Shown here: positions 8,853 to 17,900 of the stretch, piece after piece
Layout: each line of letters begins with the position of its first letter
How positions within the stretch are numbered: the first letter of the stretch is position 1
Assembly: GCA_036507075.1 (NCBI GenBank)
Contig: DASXQR010000196.1
Location: forward strand, 1 to 34,949
DNA length: 34,949 bases
Direction of reading: 5' to 3'
Source: Acidobacteriota bacterium
GTDB taxonomy: Bacteria > Acidobacteriota > UBA6911 > JACQSX01
Made by a program: the position numbers and the translations under genes
The notes under the pieces: model-generated
The model's database searches: none
Seen by the model: the letters and a program-made list of their open reading frames with translations, nothing else
Told to the model about the DNA's origin: nothing

Positions 8853-9833
8853 CTAATGATGTCGTTTTGCGATCAACTGGTCTATCACCACAATCACGAT
8901 CACCACCACTCCCACAATCAGCCGATCATAGAATGTGGCTCCGGCGATCTGGGGAAGGGCATTGCGCAATACGCCGAAGATCAGCGTGCCGAGCACAGTG
9001 CCGGCGACCGAACCGCGTCCTCCCGCCAGGCTGGCTCCCCCAACGACTGCCGATGCGATGATATCGAGTTCGTAGCCGGTGGCCAGATCCGCCTTGCTCT
9101 GGCCCTGCACCAGAACCAGGACGATACCGGAAACGGCCGACAGCAGACCGCCCAGAGTATAAACGAGCGTCTTGGCCCGTCCAATTCGAATCCCGCTGAA
9201 CAGCGCCGCGGTTTCATTTCCACCGAGGGCGTATACGGAGCGGCCCCACTGGAAATTCTTCATCAGCACCTGGAACAGCACCGCCAAGCCGATCATCACA
9301 ATGGGGGGCATCCAGTCGATCGGTATTCCGAGAGGTTTCCAGTTGGCCGGAAGTCTTCCGGAAAAATCAAAATATCGGCCCTCTGTGGCAATGAAAGCCA
9401 AACCCCGCGTCACACCCATCACACCCAGCGTGGCGATAAACGGAGGAAGGCGAACCCACACGATGAGCGCCGAGGTAACCAGCCCGGAAAGAACGCCCAC
9501 CACCAGGCCTGCCGTCACACTGGCAGCCAGCGAGTGATTGGATCCCACAAACAGCAGGCCGGTGACGACACCGGAAAGAGCAATGACGGCTCCGGGTGCC
9601 AGGTCGATACCGCCTGAAATGATAATCATGGCGGCTCCGATGGCGGCGATTCCATAAATCGAGGAATATTTCAAAATGAGGATGGAATTATTCCAGTTCA
9701 GGAAGGGGTGGCTTCTGTTTCCTTCAGGCCACAGATACCAGGCAAAAAAAGCGATTTCCAACAGGAGGATCAGCAGAGTGTTGAACTCGCGGGCTTTGAA
9801 AAGAGCTCTCATCTTGTGAATGACGGCCGGCAC
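8853..9833 (-). CDS. Sugar ABC transporter permease (RbsC-like)
   Basis: IISGGIDL, PPFIATLG, GR.VYALGGNE.AA..SGI, YELDIIASAVVGGASL.GG.G motifs. Alternative start ATG at 9812. Confidence 0.93.
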   Translation of the reverse strand: MPAVIHKMRALFKAREFNTLLILLLEIAFFAWYLWPEGNRSHPFLNWNNSILILKYSSIYGIAAIGAAMIIISGGIDLAPGAVIALSGVVTGLLFVGSNHSLAASVTAGLVVGVLSGLVTSALIVWVRLPPFIATLGVMGVTRGLAFIATEGRYFDFSGRLPANWKPLGIPIDWMPPIVMIGLAVLFQVLMKNFQWGRSVYALGGNETAALFSGIRIGRAKTLVYTLGGLLSAVSGIVLVLVQGQSKADLATGYELDIIASAVVGGASLAGGRGSVAGTVLGTLIFGVLRNALPQIAGATFYDRLIVGVVVIVIVVIDQLIAKRHH

Positions 9834-9864
9834 GGGAAATTCCTGCTGCCTTTCATGGTCGGGA

Positions 9865-9977
9865 TTCCAAATGCGGATTTCGGAATGCGGAATGCGGAAT
9901 AGATGAGTGATTTAGTCTCAGTTTAGACCTAAGCCGGCAATATTCCGCATTCCGCATTCCGCACTCCGCATTCGGAA
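9865..9977. repeat. (GCGGAAT)n/(ATTCCGC)n heptamer palindrome
   Basis: Arms at 9865-9900 and 9942-9977, unique loop of about 40 nt. Confidence 0.85.
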
Positions 9978-10021
9978 GTTTCCAGAAAATCTGTTTAGAA
10001 AGCAGGAAGTTGCCTCCTCTT

Positions 10022-11521
10022 CTACGCCAAGGACACAGCCTCCCCTTTCGCAACGGTGGCGAGGCTCATCACAGCTTCCTCGCTTGCCGTCGAGGCGTCC
10101 AGCTCGCCCTGCATTCTTCCTTCCCGCAAAACAACGATCCGATGCGCCAGGGTGAGAATTTCGGGAAGCTCGCTTGAGATGAGAAGGCAGCCTGCACCCT
10201 GGCGCGCCTGGATTCGGATGATTTCATGTATCTCGTACTTGGCGCCGACATCCACCCCTTTGGTGGGCTCGTCCAGAATGAGCAAACGAGGCTCTGTGGA
10301 CAGCCACTTGGCCAATACAACTTTCTGCTGATTTCCGCCGCTCAGGCTGGAAGGTTCCGCCTCGATGCCCGCAGCTTTGATCCTCCAGCGCTGTATTAAC
10401 TCGGCGCTCTGTCGATTCTCATTTCGCCGCCGGATCATTATCGAACCGCGGGCCTGTTGCAGGGGCAGCAACAGATTTTCGCGGATCGTCAGGTTGAAAA
10501 ACAAGCCCTGGCGGTTCCGTTCTTCGGGAACCAGAGCAATCCCTGCACGAACTGACTCCAGCGGGGATTTCAAATTCAAGAGCCGGCCGCCGATTCTTAC
10601 CGAGCCGCTGTCAGGCCGGTGCAGTCCAAACAGGGTCTCGGCAAAATCGGAGCGTCCCGAACCGACCAATCCGAACAGCCCCACAATCTCGCCGGCGCGG
10701 ACCTTCAGGGATAACTCTTCGAAGAGAGGGCGTCGGGTCAGCCGTTCTACTGCCAGAAGTTCCTCTCCGAGGCCTTCAGTCAGGTCGGCAGTGCGCGCCT
10801 CCAGGTCGCGCCCCACCATGCAGCGAACTATCTGTTCGGTTGTGACCTGCTCCTTTCGAAAGCTACCGGCGTGCTCGCCATCGCGCAGCACGGTGATGGC
10901 GTCGCACAAGCGAAACACTTCGGGAAGCTTGTGGGAAACGTAAATCAAAGTGACGCCGCGTTCGCGCAGGCCTTCCAGTATTCGAAACAGGTCGCCGGTT
11001 TCACTCGCCGTGAGGCAAGTAGTCGGCTCATCAAGAATCAGGATTCGACACTCGAAAGCCAGAGCTCTGGCGATCTGAAGGAGCTGCTGATGGGCTACGC
11101 TGAGCGATTCGACGGGGTCACCGGGGGCGAACTTCAGGTGGAGGCGATCCAGCAACTCCGCGGTCCGTTCAGACATCTGGGTGCCCTTCAAACGCCCCAC
11201 GGGGCTCGTCAGTTCTCTTCCTGCAAAAATATTTTCGCTCACTGTCAGGTTTGGGAAGAGCATCATTTCCTGATAAACCATCCCAATGCCGCAGTCGAGC
11301 GCATCGCGGGGTGTCTCCAGTTGAAGTTTCTGGTCCCGCCATATCATTTGTCCTGAATCGGGCCGCAGGATCCCGGCAAGGATTTTCATCAAGGTAGATT
11401 TGCCGGCCCCGTTTTCTCCTACGATCGCATGTGCCTCCCCCTCCCGGACGGAAAAGCTGACACCGCGCAGAGCGCGCACCGCGCCAAAGGATTTCACGAT
11501 GTTCTGAAATTCGAGGTTCAT
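10022..11521 (-). CDS. Sugar ABC transporter ATP-binding protein (RbsA-like, two ABC domains)
   Basis: Walker A GENGAGKST, ILILDEPT, second half LSGGNQQKV and LILDEPTKGVD. Confidence 0.95.
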   Translation of the reverse strand: MNLEFQNIVKSFGAVRALRGVSFSVREGEAHAIVGENGAGKSTLMKILAGILRPDSGQMIWRDQKLQLETPRDALDCGIGMVYQEMMLFPNLTVSENIFAGRELTSPVGRLKGTQMSERTAELLDRLHLKFAPGDPVESLSVAHQQLLQIARALAFECRILILDEPTTCLTASETGDLFRILEGLRERGVTLIYVSHKLPEVFRLCDAITVLRDGEHAGSFRKEQVTTEQIVRCMVGRDLEARTADLTEGLGEELLAVERLTRRPLFEELSLKVRAGEIVGLFGLVGSGRSDFAETLFGLHRPDSGSVRIGGRLLNLKSPLESVRAGIALVPEERNRQGLFFNLTIRENLLLPLQQARGSIMIRRRNENRQSAELIQRWRIKAAGIEAEPSSLSGGNQQKVVLAKWLSTEPRLLILDEPTKGVDVGAKYEIHEIIRIQARQGAGCLLISSELPEILTLAHRIVVLREGRMQGELDASTASEEAVMSLATVAKGEAVSLA

Positions 11522-11543
11522 CCAGGAAAAGGGTTACAAGTTA

Positions 11544-11792
11544 TTCACCACAAAGACACCTCCCGGCCGCAAGCGCAACCAAAAAGCCGTCCACGAAAAC
11601 GTCAACGATCACGTCTTACGTCTACGAACACGACCACATACAACATTCCTCAGTTCTGCGCGATCTGTGACGAACCGAGCGAAGTCGTAAACGTAATCGT
11701 GGATGTTGACGTGTCACGTGCCCGTGAACGTCGACGGCTTTGAAAAGAAACAACAAACATTCCCCCTGCGCTCCCTTACGGTCGCGGTACTG
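11544..11792. repeat. Repeat cluster: TTCACCACAAAG+CGCAACCAAA half element, hexamer palindrome (11582-11741) and single REP-like hairpin (11769-11792)
   Basis: The reverse complement of 11769-11792 is cagtaccgcgaccGTAAgggagcg, related to the arms at 34857-34940. Confidence 0.75.
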
Positions 11793-11808
11793 ATTTTTCC
11801 TCTTAACG

Positions 11809-13632
11809 CTACGCGCTGGTTGCCATACGCAGCCGCTCACCGGGCAGGACGCGATAGATGGCGACTGCCACGGACTTGCCTTTTACTATCTCGTCGCCCG
11901 CGTATTCGGCGGGGATGCGGCCCTGCAGAGCCTCGAAGGTTTCTGCGCTGATCAGGATTCCACTCTCCGAGGAATACTTCTTGTTCAATCCTTCGATTCG
12001 TGAAGCCGTGTTGACTACGTCTCCGATGGCTGTGTATTCCATCTTCTTGGGGGATCCGATATTTCCCACGATAGCCTCTCCGGTGTGGATGCCGATTCCG
12101 ATCCTTATCAATTCGTCACCCCGCTGCTGGAATTCCTGATTGAGCGTTTCCAGGGCGGTTAACATCTCAATGGCCGATTCGACGGAGTGCAGCTCGGCAT
12201 CGGCATCGTCCAGCGGGGCTCCAAAAACAGCCATGATCCCGTCCCCCAAGAATTTGTCCACCGATCCCTTGTGCTTCTGGATTATTTCAACCATCAGGGT
12301 CAGGTAGCGGTTAAGGTCCTGTACCAGCAGTTCGGGCGCGGTCTTTTCCGATCGCGTAGTGAAATTCCGGATGTCGGAGAACAGCACGGTAACCCGTTTC
12401 TTCTCCCCTCGCAGTGCGAGGGTGTCGGCGTGGCGAAGCAGCTTTTCGATCACTTCGTCGTTCACATAGCTTTTGAAGTGTTGTCGCAGTCGCCGTTTTT
12501 CCCGTCCCTCCAGGATGAAATTGGCGGTCTGCGACAATCCGACCGCGCAGATGGCACCCGAAACGGGTCCCACCACCAGCACTGACCATCCCCGCGAGAA
12601 CAGGGGATCGGCGGCCAGGAGGTATGCGGCAATCAGCACACCGCTTGCGCTCAAGCCAATCCAGGGCGGCAGAAAAATGCATAGAAGCGTCACCAGACTT
12701 AACAGCAGCAGTGTGACTAGGAACTGTGTTCTGGAAGGAACAGGCCGAATGAAATTCTCTTTCAGCAGCGTGGCAACGGTGTTGGCGTGAATTTCAATTC
12801 CCGGCGTGCGTCTGAACGGATGCGCTTCGCTGCGTTCTCTCAAGTAGTAGAGAGGAGTGGAATGCAGATCGTCGTCTCCTATGGTTCCGAGCAGGATGAT
12901 GCGGCCGCGCAGCTTTTCAAAAAAGTCTTTTCTTCCGGCCTCCGCAGCCTCCAGCGCCTGCCAGAACGGGATCCGGGGAAAGACATCGAACCCGAGGTAG
13001 TTGATCAACAGTCGCTCGCTGGGGGCGGTAAAGCGCGTGCCGGCGCCGGGTCGAAAAGCCCGGGCAACGGCCAGAGCGAATCCGGGTCGCCTTTCCTTTG
13101 AATAAACTTCCTGCCGTCTTACAAAATCATCGTCATCGGTTGTCAGGTTGACATACGCGAAATTCTCCTCGCCGGCGGCGATGGTCAGCATGGGAGGCGG
13201 CGGCTCCGATCCATGAACGCGGTGCGCCAGGATCACCGGCACCCCCACCTGCCTTGCCCGAAACAGGGACTGAAAAAGTCTTTGCTGTCCCACCAAGTCC
13301 AGATGTTGAATGTCGGCAAATATCAGATCCAAGCCCACCACGCCGGCCCTGGCGTCGATCAACTCCTCGAGCACCTTCGCGTAATGTTTCTGCCAGAGAA
13401 TCAGAGGGTCCGCGATCCTGGAAAGAGATTCCTCATCAAGGGCCAATATGACGATAGGCGCTTCCGGTGGAAGCGGCAGGGGACCGCGCAGTTTGAACCG
13501 AAAATCGTAGCTCCGATTTTCCAGCGCCGAGCCGAATTGTGAGGATTGCACCTGCACGCACACAGCCAAGGCCACGGCGACGACTCCGGCCCAGATGAGA
13601 ACCTTGGAAGTCCGCCTCGGGAGTCGTGTCAT
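11809..13632 (-). CDS. CHASE2-domain membrane class III adenylyl cyclase
   Basis: N-terminal TM; CHASE2 motifs DDDDFVRR and PGIEIHA; three TM helices; catalytic motifs VLFSDIRNFT, VDKFLGDG, IGIGIHTG, YTAIGDVVNTASR (Lys/Thr at the ATP-specifying positions). Confidence 0.93.
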   Translation of the reverse strand: MTRLPRRTSKVLIWAGVVAVALAVCVQVQSSQFGSALENRSYDFRFKLRGPLPLPPEAPIVILALDEESLSRIADPLILWQKHYAKVLEELIDARAGVVGLDLIFADIQHLDLVGQQRLFQSLFRARQVGVPVILAHRVHGSEPPPPMLTIAAGEENFAYVNLTTDDDDFVRRQEVYSKERRPGFALAVARAFRPGAGTRFTAPSERLLINYLGFDVFPRIPFWQALEAAEAGRKDFFEKLRGRIILLGTIGDDDLHSTPLYYLRERSEAHPFRRTPGIEIHANTVATLLKENFIRPVPSRTQFLVTLLLLSLVTLLCIFLPPWIGLSASGVLIAAYLLAADPLFSRGWSVLVVGPVSGAICAVGLSQTANFILEGREKRRLRQHFKSYVNDEVIEKLLRHADTLALRGEKKRVTVLFSDIRNFTTRSEKTAPELLVQDLNRYLTLMVEIIQKHKGSVDKFLGDGIMAVFGAPLDDADAELHSVESAIEMLTALETLNQEFQQRGDELIRIGIGIHTGEAIVGNIGSPKKMEYTAIGDVVNTASRIEGLNKKYSSESGILISAETFEALQGRIPAEYAGDEIVKGKSVAVAIYRVLPGERLRMATSA

Positions 13633-13639
13633 ACAAGTG

Positions 13640-13730
13640 AACAGTGATCAGGGGCAAGAATAACCAGTTTGAGTAAAGTGATCAGGTTTCGAGTCACACT
13701 AACTGGTTATTCTTGCCCCTGATCACTGTT
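13640..13730. repeat. Perfect 30-bp inverted repeat with 31-nt spacer
   Basis: aacagtgatcaggggcaagaataaccagtt at 13640-13669 and its exact reverse complement at 13701-13730. Confidence 0.9.
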
Positions 13731-13739
13731 TTCTTGAAC

Positions 13740-14690
13740 TCATTTTTCGAGCTTCTTGAGCTCTTCGTTTACGGCGGCGGACAATCCGGCATTCGAATAG
13801 AGCCAAATCAGATGATTGGTCAGCCGCGTATCCGCGGGGTTGGCGTCGCGCAGCTCGCGGAAGTACACGGCCGCTTCGGAAAAATAACCCGCGTTCTCCA
13901 GCGCTATTGCCCGCAGAAGCTTGTCGGCTGTCTGCTGCGGTGAAGAGCCGGTGAACTCCTTGCCGGGCTTTACCTGAATGTTTGGTATCTGCTGCGGTGT
14001 GAAGTCGCCAACTTCCTTGTTGAGCTTGACATGAAAACTTGCCGACTGCTGCGCCACAGTCCTGCCGTCTTTCTCAGCCCAGACTTCCCATGAATAGTCT
14101 TTCTCGTCCAGCGCGGGCTCGGAATCCGGATAGGACAACTCGGTCGATTCGGTGGAAGTTCTCCAGAACGCTGTCCCGTTCTGATCCCGGAGTGTGACAT
14201 TGTACCGGGCCACGCCTGCCAAGCCTGCCCACCGGAAGACGGGCCGGCTGCTGCTGACAGATCCGCCCAGGTAAAGCGGTATCGGGGGGTAGCCTCGGGG
14301 GCGAGTGGCTCCGATCCGCTCCATGCTTTCGGATCCGAGCGACACCTGGGGCAGAGCGCACTTTCTGTCTCGCTCCCTTACCGGGGGCGGGCCCTTGATC
14401 ACGCGGACCTGGGCGGCGGAGAATTCTGCCAGCGTGCCCTTTTTCAACACCATTCGCTCGGTGGATGGGCAAAAGATAATTCCGACCTCGCCGGAATTGA
14501 CGGAAAGCTTGTCAGCCGGGAAGAGAAGATCCGCCAGTTGGGCGTTCTTCTTTTCCGTTCCTCGCTGCAGCACGGCTTCACCGGAGACTTGAATCACCAT
14601 GCCCAGCGGTGAGCGACTCTGCGGAAACGCTTCCGGGCAAAGAGCCGGGGCCAGCAACACCAGGCATAGAGTCCATTTCGGATGAGGCAT
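13740..14690 (-). CDS. Exported protein with FecR-like N-terminal beta domain, DUF928-like middle and C-terminal TPR-like helices
   Basis: Signal peptide; GMVIQVSGEAVLQRG...DLLFPADKLSV; RPVFRW...Y.VTL...LSYPDSEPAL..YSWEV; ALENAGYFSEA. Strong SD AGGAGG. Domain names are by resemblance only. Confidence 0.7.
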   Translation of the reverse strand: MPHPKWTLCLVLLAPALCPEAFPQSRSPLGMVIQVSGEAVLQRGTEKKNAQLADLLFPADKLSVNSGEVGIIFCPSTERMVLKKGTLAEFSAAQVRVIKGPPPVRERDRKCALPQVSLGSESMERIGATRPRGYPPIPLYLGGSVSSSRPVFRWAGLAGVARYNVTLRDQNGTAFWRTSTESTELSYPDSEPALDEKDYSWEVWAEKDGRTVAQQSASFHVKLNKEVGDFTPQQIPNIQVKPGKEFTGSSPQQTADKLLRAIALENAGYFSEAAVYFRELRDANPADTRLTNHLIWLYSNAGLSAAVNEELKKLEK

Positions 14691-14748
14691 GTCTTCTCCT
14701 CCTGCGGGATTCTATATTACGAATTTTCGCGTATAAATTCGTGTACAA

Positions 14749-14902
14749 ATTTTGCCACAAAGCCACTAAGGCACGAAGCGGACGAGCGGCAGGGGGCGGC
14801 CGGTCTATACAATGGGGGTCCAGACAATGTGTTATTGGAGCTGACTGGCTGCTCCCCGCCGCTCGTCTGACTTTGTGCCTCAGTGGCTTTTGTGGCAAGA
14901 AT
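14749..14902. repeat. Nested palindrome: GCCACAAAGCCACTAAGGCACGAAG outer arms enclosing a 27-bp GC-rich inverted repeat
   Basis: Outer arms at 14749-14778 and 14871-14902; inner arms at 14779-14805 and 14843-14869. Confidence 0.82.
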
Positions 14903-14927
14903 CCGTAGCGAATTCTCATTCTAAGCA

Positions 14928-17900
14928 TTAAAACATTGCCTTCAGGGTCAGCCTGACAGATCTCGGATTTACCTGAGTGTCAAAGACGCGGCCAAATCCG
15001 GGCGATTCCAGGATCCTGACGGGAATCGCGAAGTGGGTTCGATTAAACAGATTGAAAGCTTCCGCCCTGAAGTCGACGCTGGCGTGATCCCGCAGCGCGA
15101 ATCGCCTTGACAAGCTCACGTCGATGGTCGCGATTCCCGAGCCGCGAAAGGTATTTCGGCCCACCTTGCCATCCTGTTTCAGCGGCGCTGTGAGCGCCAG
15201 CGCCGAGACGGTTGACGGGAGTTGAATTGGACGGGCGGTCCCGGGACGAAAAACCAGCCCCTCCAGGGAATTGAGCCGATCGGTCAGATTCCCGTCTTCA
15301 TTTTTGTCAATCGCTGTGTTGACGGTGAACGGCTGGCCCGTTTGAAACTCCATCGTGCCGGCAAGCTTCCAGCTTCGAAGCAGAGGCCTGGCAGATCCCG
15401 GAATTTCCCAGAGGAAATATCCCGCGACCCGATGCTGCGCGTCGAAATTGGCCGAGGCTCGCTCCAGTGCCAGGCGCGCTCCATTTTGGGGGAGCGAATA
15501 GAACCCCCGGCCGTCGAAGGGATCGGACACCTGGTCGATCGAGTGCGACCAGGTCCAATACGCCCGGAATTGAACGCCGCGGCTGAAGCGCTTTTCACTC
15601 GTCAACTGCACGGAGTGGTAAACCGAAGCGGCCGAGTTTTCTATCACTGTGTAGGCGCCCAAACCGGACTCGTCCCGCTGCGCGCGAGAAGGCGAAGTAT
15701 CCAGTATGGTCAAGAGGACGATTGGACTGTTGGGCAAAGGACGCACCAGAATTCTGGGCGTGGAGATCATGCCCCCGTTCGGAGTGGTAAAGCGTGTAAG
15801 GTGAACCCCCCGCGTTCCGATGTAGTGCGCTGACACCAGCAGGTCCCGCCCCAGTTGCCTTTCAAGCGCCAGCACGAAATGCTGGGCGTAGCCGGTCTTA
15901 AGACTCTTCTCAGGCAGCGTGAAGGCAAAACTATTGCTCTTCTCATTCAAACCCGGCAGAGCCTGATTGAAGATCGCTCCCAGCGCGGTGGCAAATCCCC
16001 CCGCGGGGGCATTGAAGCTGTTCAGAGTTCCCGGAACAATCAAAAAGTCCCTTGTCGGCACAAAGAAGAAAAATGTCGGGCTGTTGATCACCAGCCCGTC
16101 GGGCGGTCGAAAGACAGGATCGAAATTGACCGGCACCAGCGTAGGCGCAACATTGCGCGACTGGCTGGTGACCGCTCCGAGGTTTGCATCATAACTGAGG
16201 CTGTAGCCCGCCCGGATCGCTGTCGTGCCCTTGCCGAAGGGGTCCCACGTCAGTCCCGCGCGCGGCGCGAAATTGTTTCTGTCGGGTTGATAAATCTTGG
16301 TGCGCCCCGAGATCAAAGTGTTGAGCGAGCGGAGAGCTTTGTCAAAAGCAAGATTTCCACCCTCGATGATCTGCTGGTTGCGCGCGTCTCCGGAAGGCTG
16401 CAGATGCGGAAATTGCGCCGGATCCAGTCCGAATGTTCGTTCGATGCGACGGTTCGCTTCCACCGGCACGGTCTGATATTCATAACGCAAGCCAAAGTTG
16501 ACGGTCAGGTTCTTGCGCGGTTTCCAGTCGTCCTGAGCAAAGAGATCATACTGCGCGAATCGAAGCCCGATAGCCGTGTCCGCGACATTTGAAGTGCTGA
16601 TAGTCTGAAGAACGCCTGCCGCTCCACCCAGCGCGGCCAGTTCCAGGCCGCGCAGAAGGCCGTCGGGAGTGGCAAAGAGGCAAAATGGATTCAACTGGCA
16701 GTCATCAGAAACTCGGCCGTAACCAAATACCAGCAGCGGCCGGCTGTTGCGGTCGGAGTAACTGTTTAGCTGTGACCAGCGGATATCGGCGCCGAATTTC
16801 AGAGTATGCGCCGGGCCGCTTCGAGTGATGAAGTCGCTCAGTTGAAAAGTGTTGTCCACACGAGCCTGGGGGAAATTGAACACATCGATGCCAATGGTGC
16901 TGTAGGGCAGAATGGAAAGTTGCCCAACCGGCCCGCTGGCGCCGAACGGCCCAAACCTGCCATAGGGCGTCACAATCTCGCGTTGAAAATTGCGATCGAT
17001 GTCAGCATTGCCCGTTGGAAGCGGCGCCGAACCGAACAGCAGCGGGTCGCCCCTGTCAGGGGGAAAACCGAGGCGGGTCCTTCCATAAGAAAACCGAAAC
17101 GCGTTCCCGTAACGAGTTCCCGCGCCGTTCAGAAACAGCGAAATGTTCTGGGTCCTGGTCGCAGTGGCCAGCGAAGAGTTAATGGCGTCGCTAGTGAACG
17201 GAATCAGCGAATGGTCGTTGGTAAAGTTGTACCGGGCAGCAAAACTGAGGCCCTCGGCGAGGCGCCAGTCTGCCTTTGCCGAAAAGGCGTCTCCGGTGCC
17301 TTCTGTTTTCCTGACCTGAGAGTAGTTGTTGGGCCCGAATGGACCTGACGGATTATTTGGCAACGGGTACAGTGCCAGCACCGCCCTGCCGGCCAAAGCC
17401 GAATAGCGGGCGCCGGTAACACCCTGCCGCACGTCACGAAACTGATCGGGTGCCTGCAGGAAGCCGCCCAGTTGGTCGATCGGTACAAATCCAGAGTAGC
17501 CTTCCACCACTGGATTAATTCGCAGCCCTCTCTCGCCGGCTGCAGGAACGACGAAATGCGCCATGGCGGTTCCATGATGCCGTTGATGCTCTGCCGAAAG
17601 AAAATAAAAGACCTTGTTCGGGACGATTGCCGCTCCCAGAGTCCCGCCCGCCTGCGCCTGGGCGAATTTTTTTCCGTGAAAGCTTCCGCCGTTCAGGGTT
17701 CCCCCGTTGGCCTGGTCGGTAAAGGGCTGCTCAAAAAAATTGCGCGCATTGAGGTGATCGTCGTTCAGCATGCCGTAAGCAGAGCCATGCAGATCCTTCT
17801 TGCCGGAGCGGGACACGGCATTGACCATGGACGCCGAATTCCGGCCGAATTCGGCCGGGAAGCCGGCTGTCATGATTTGAAATTCCTGGACGCTTTCGAT

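Noticed and set aside
14578..14928. 116-aa ORF starting at the TonB receptor stop as a real gene or coupling bridge
   Set aside because: It is out of frame with the next gene and overruns it; that gene has its own strong SD, and the peptide is largely repeat translation.
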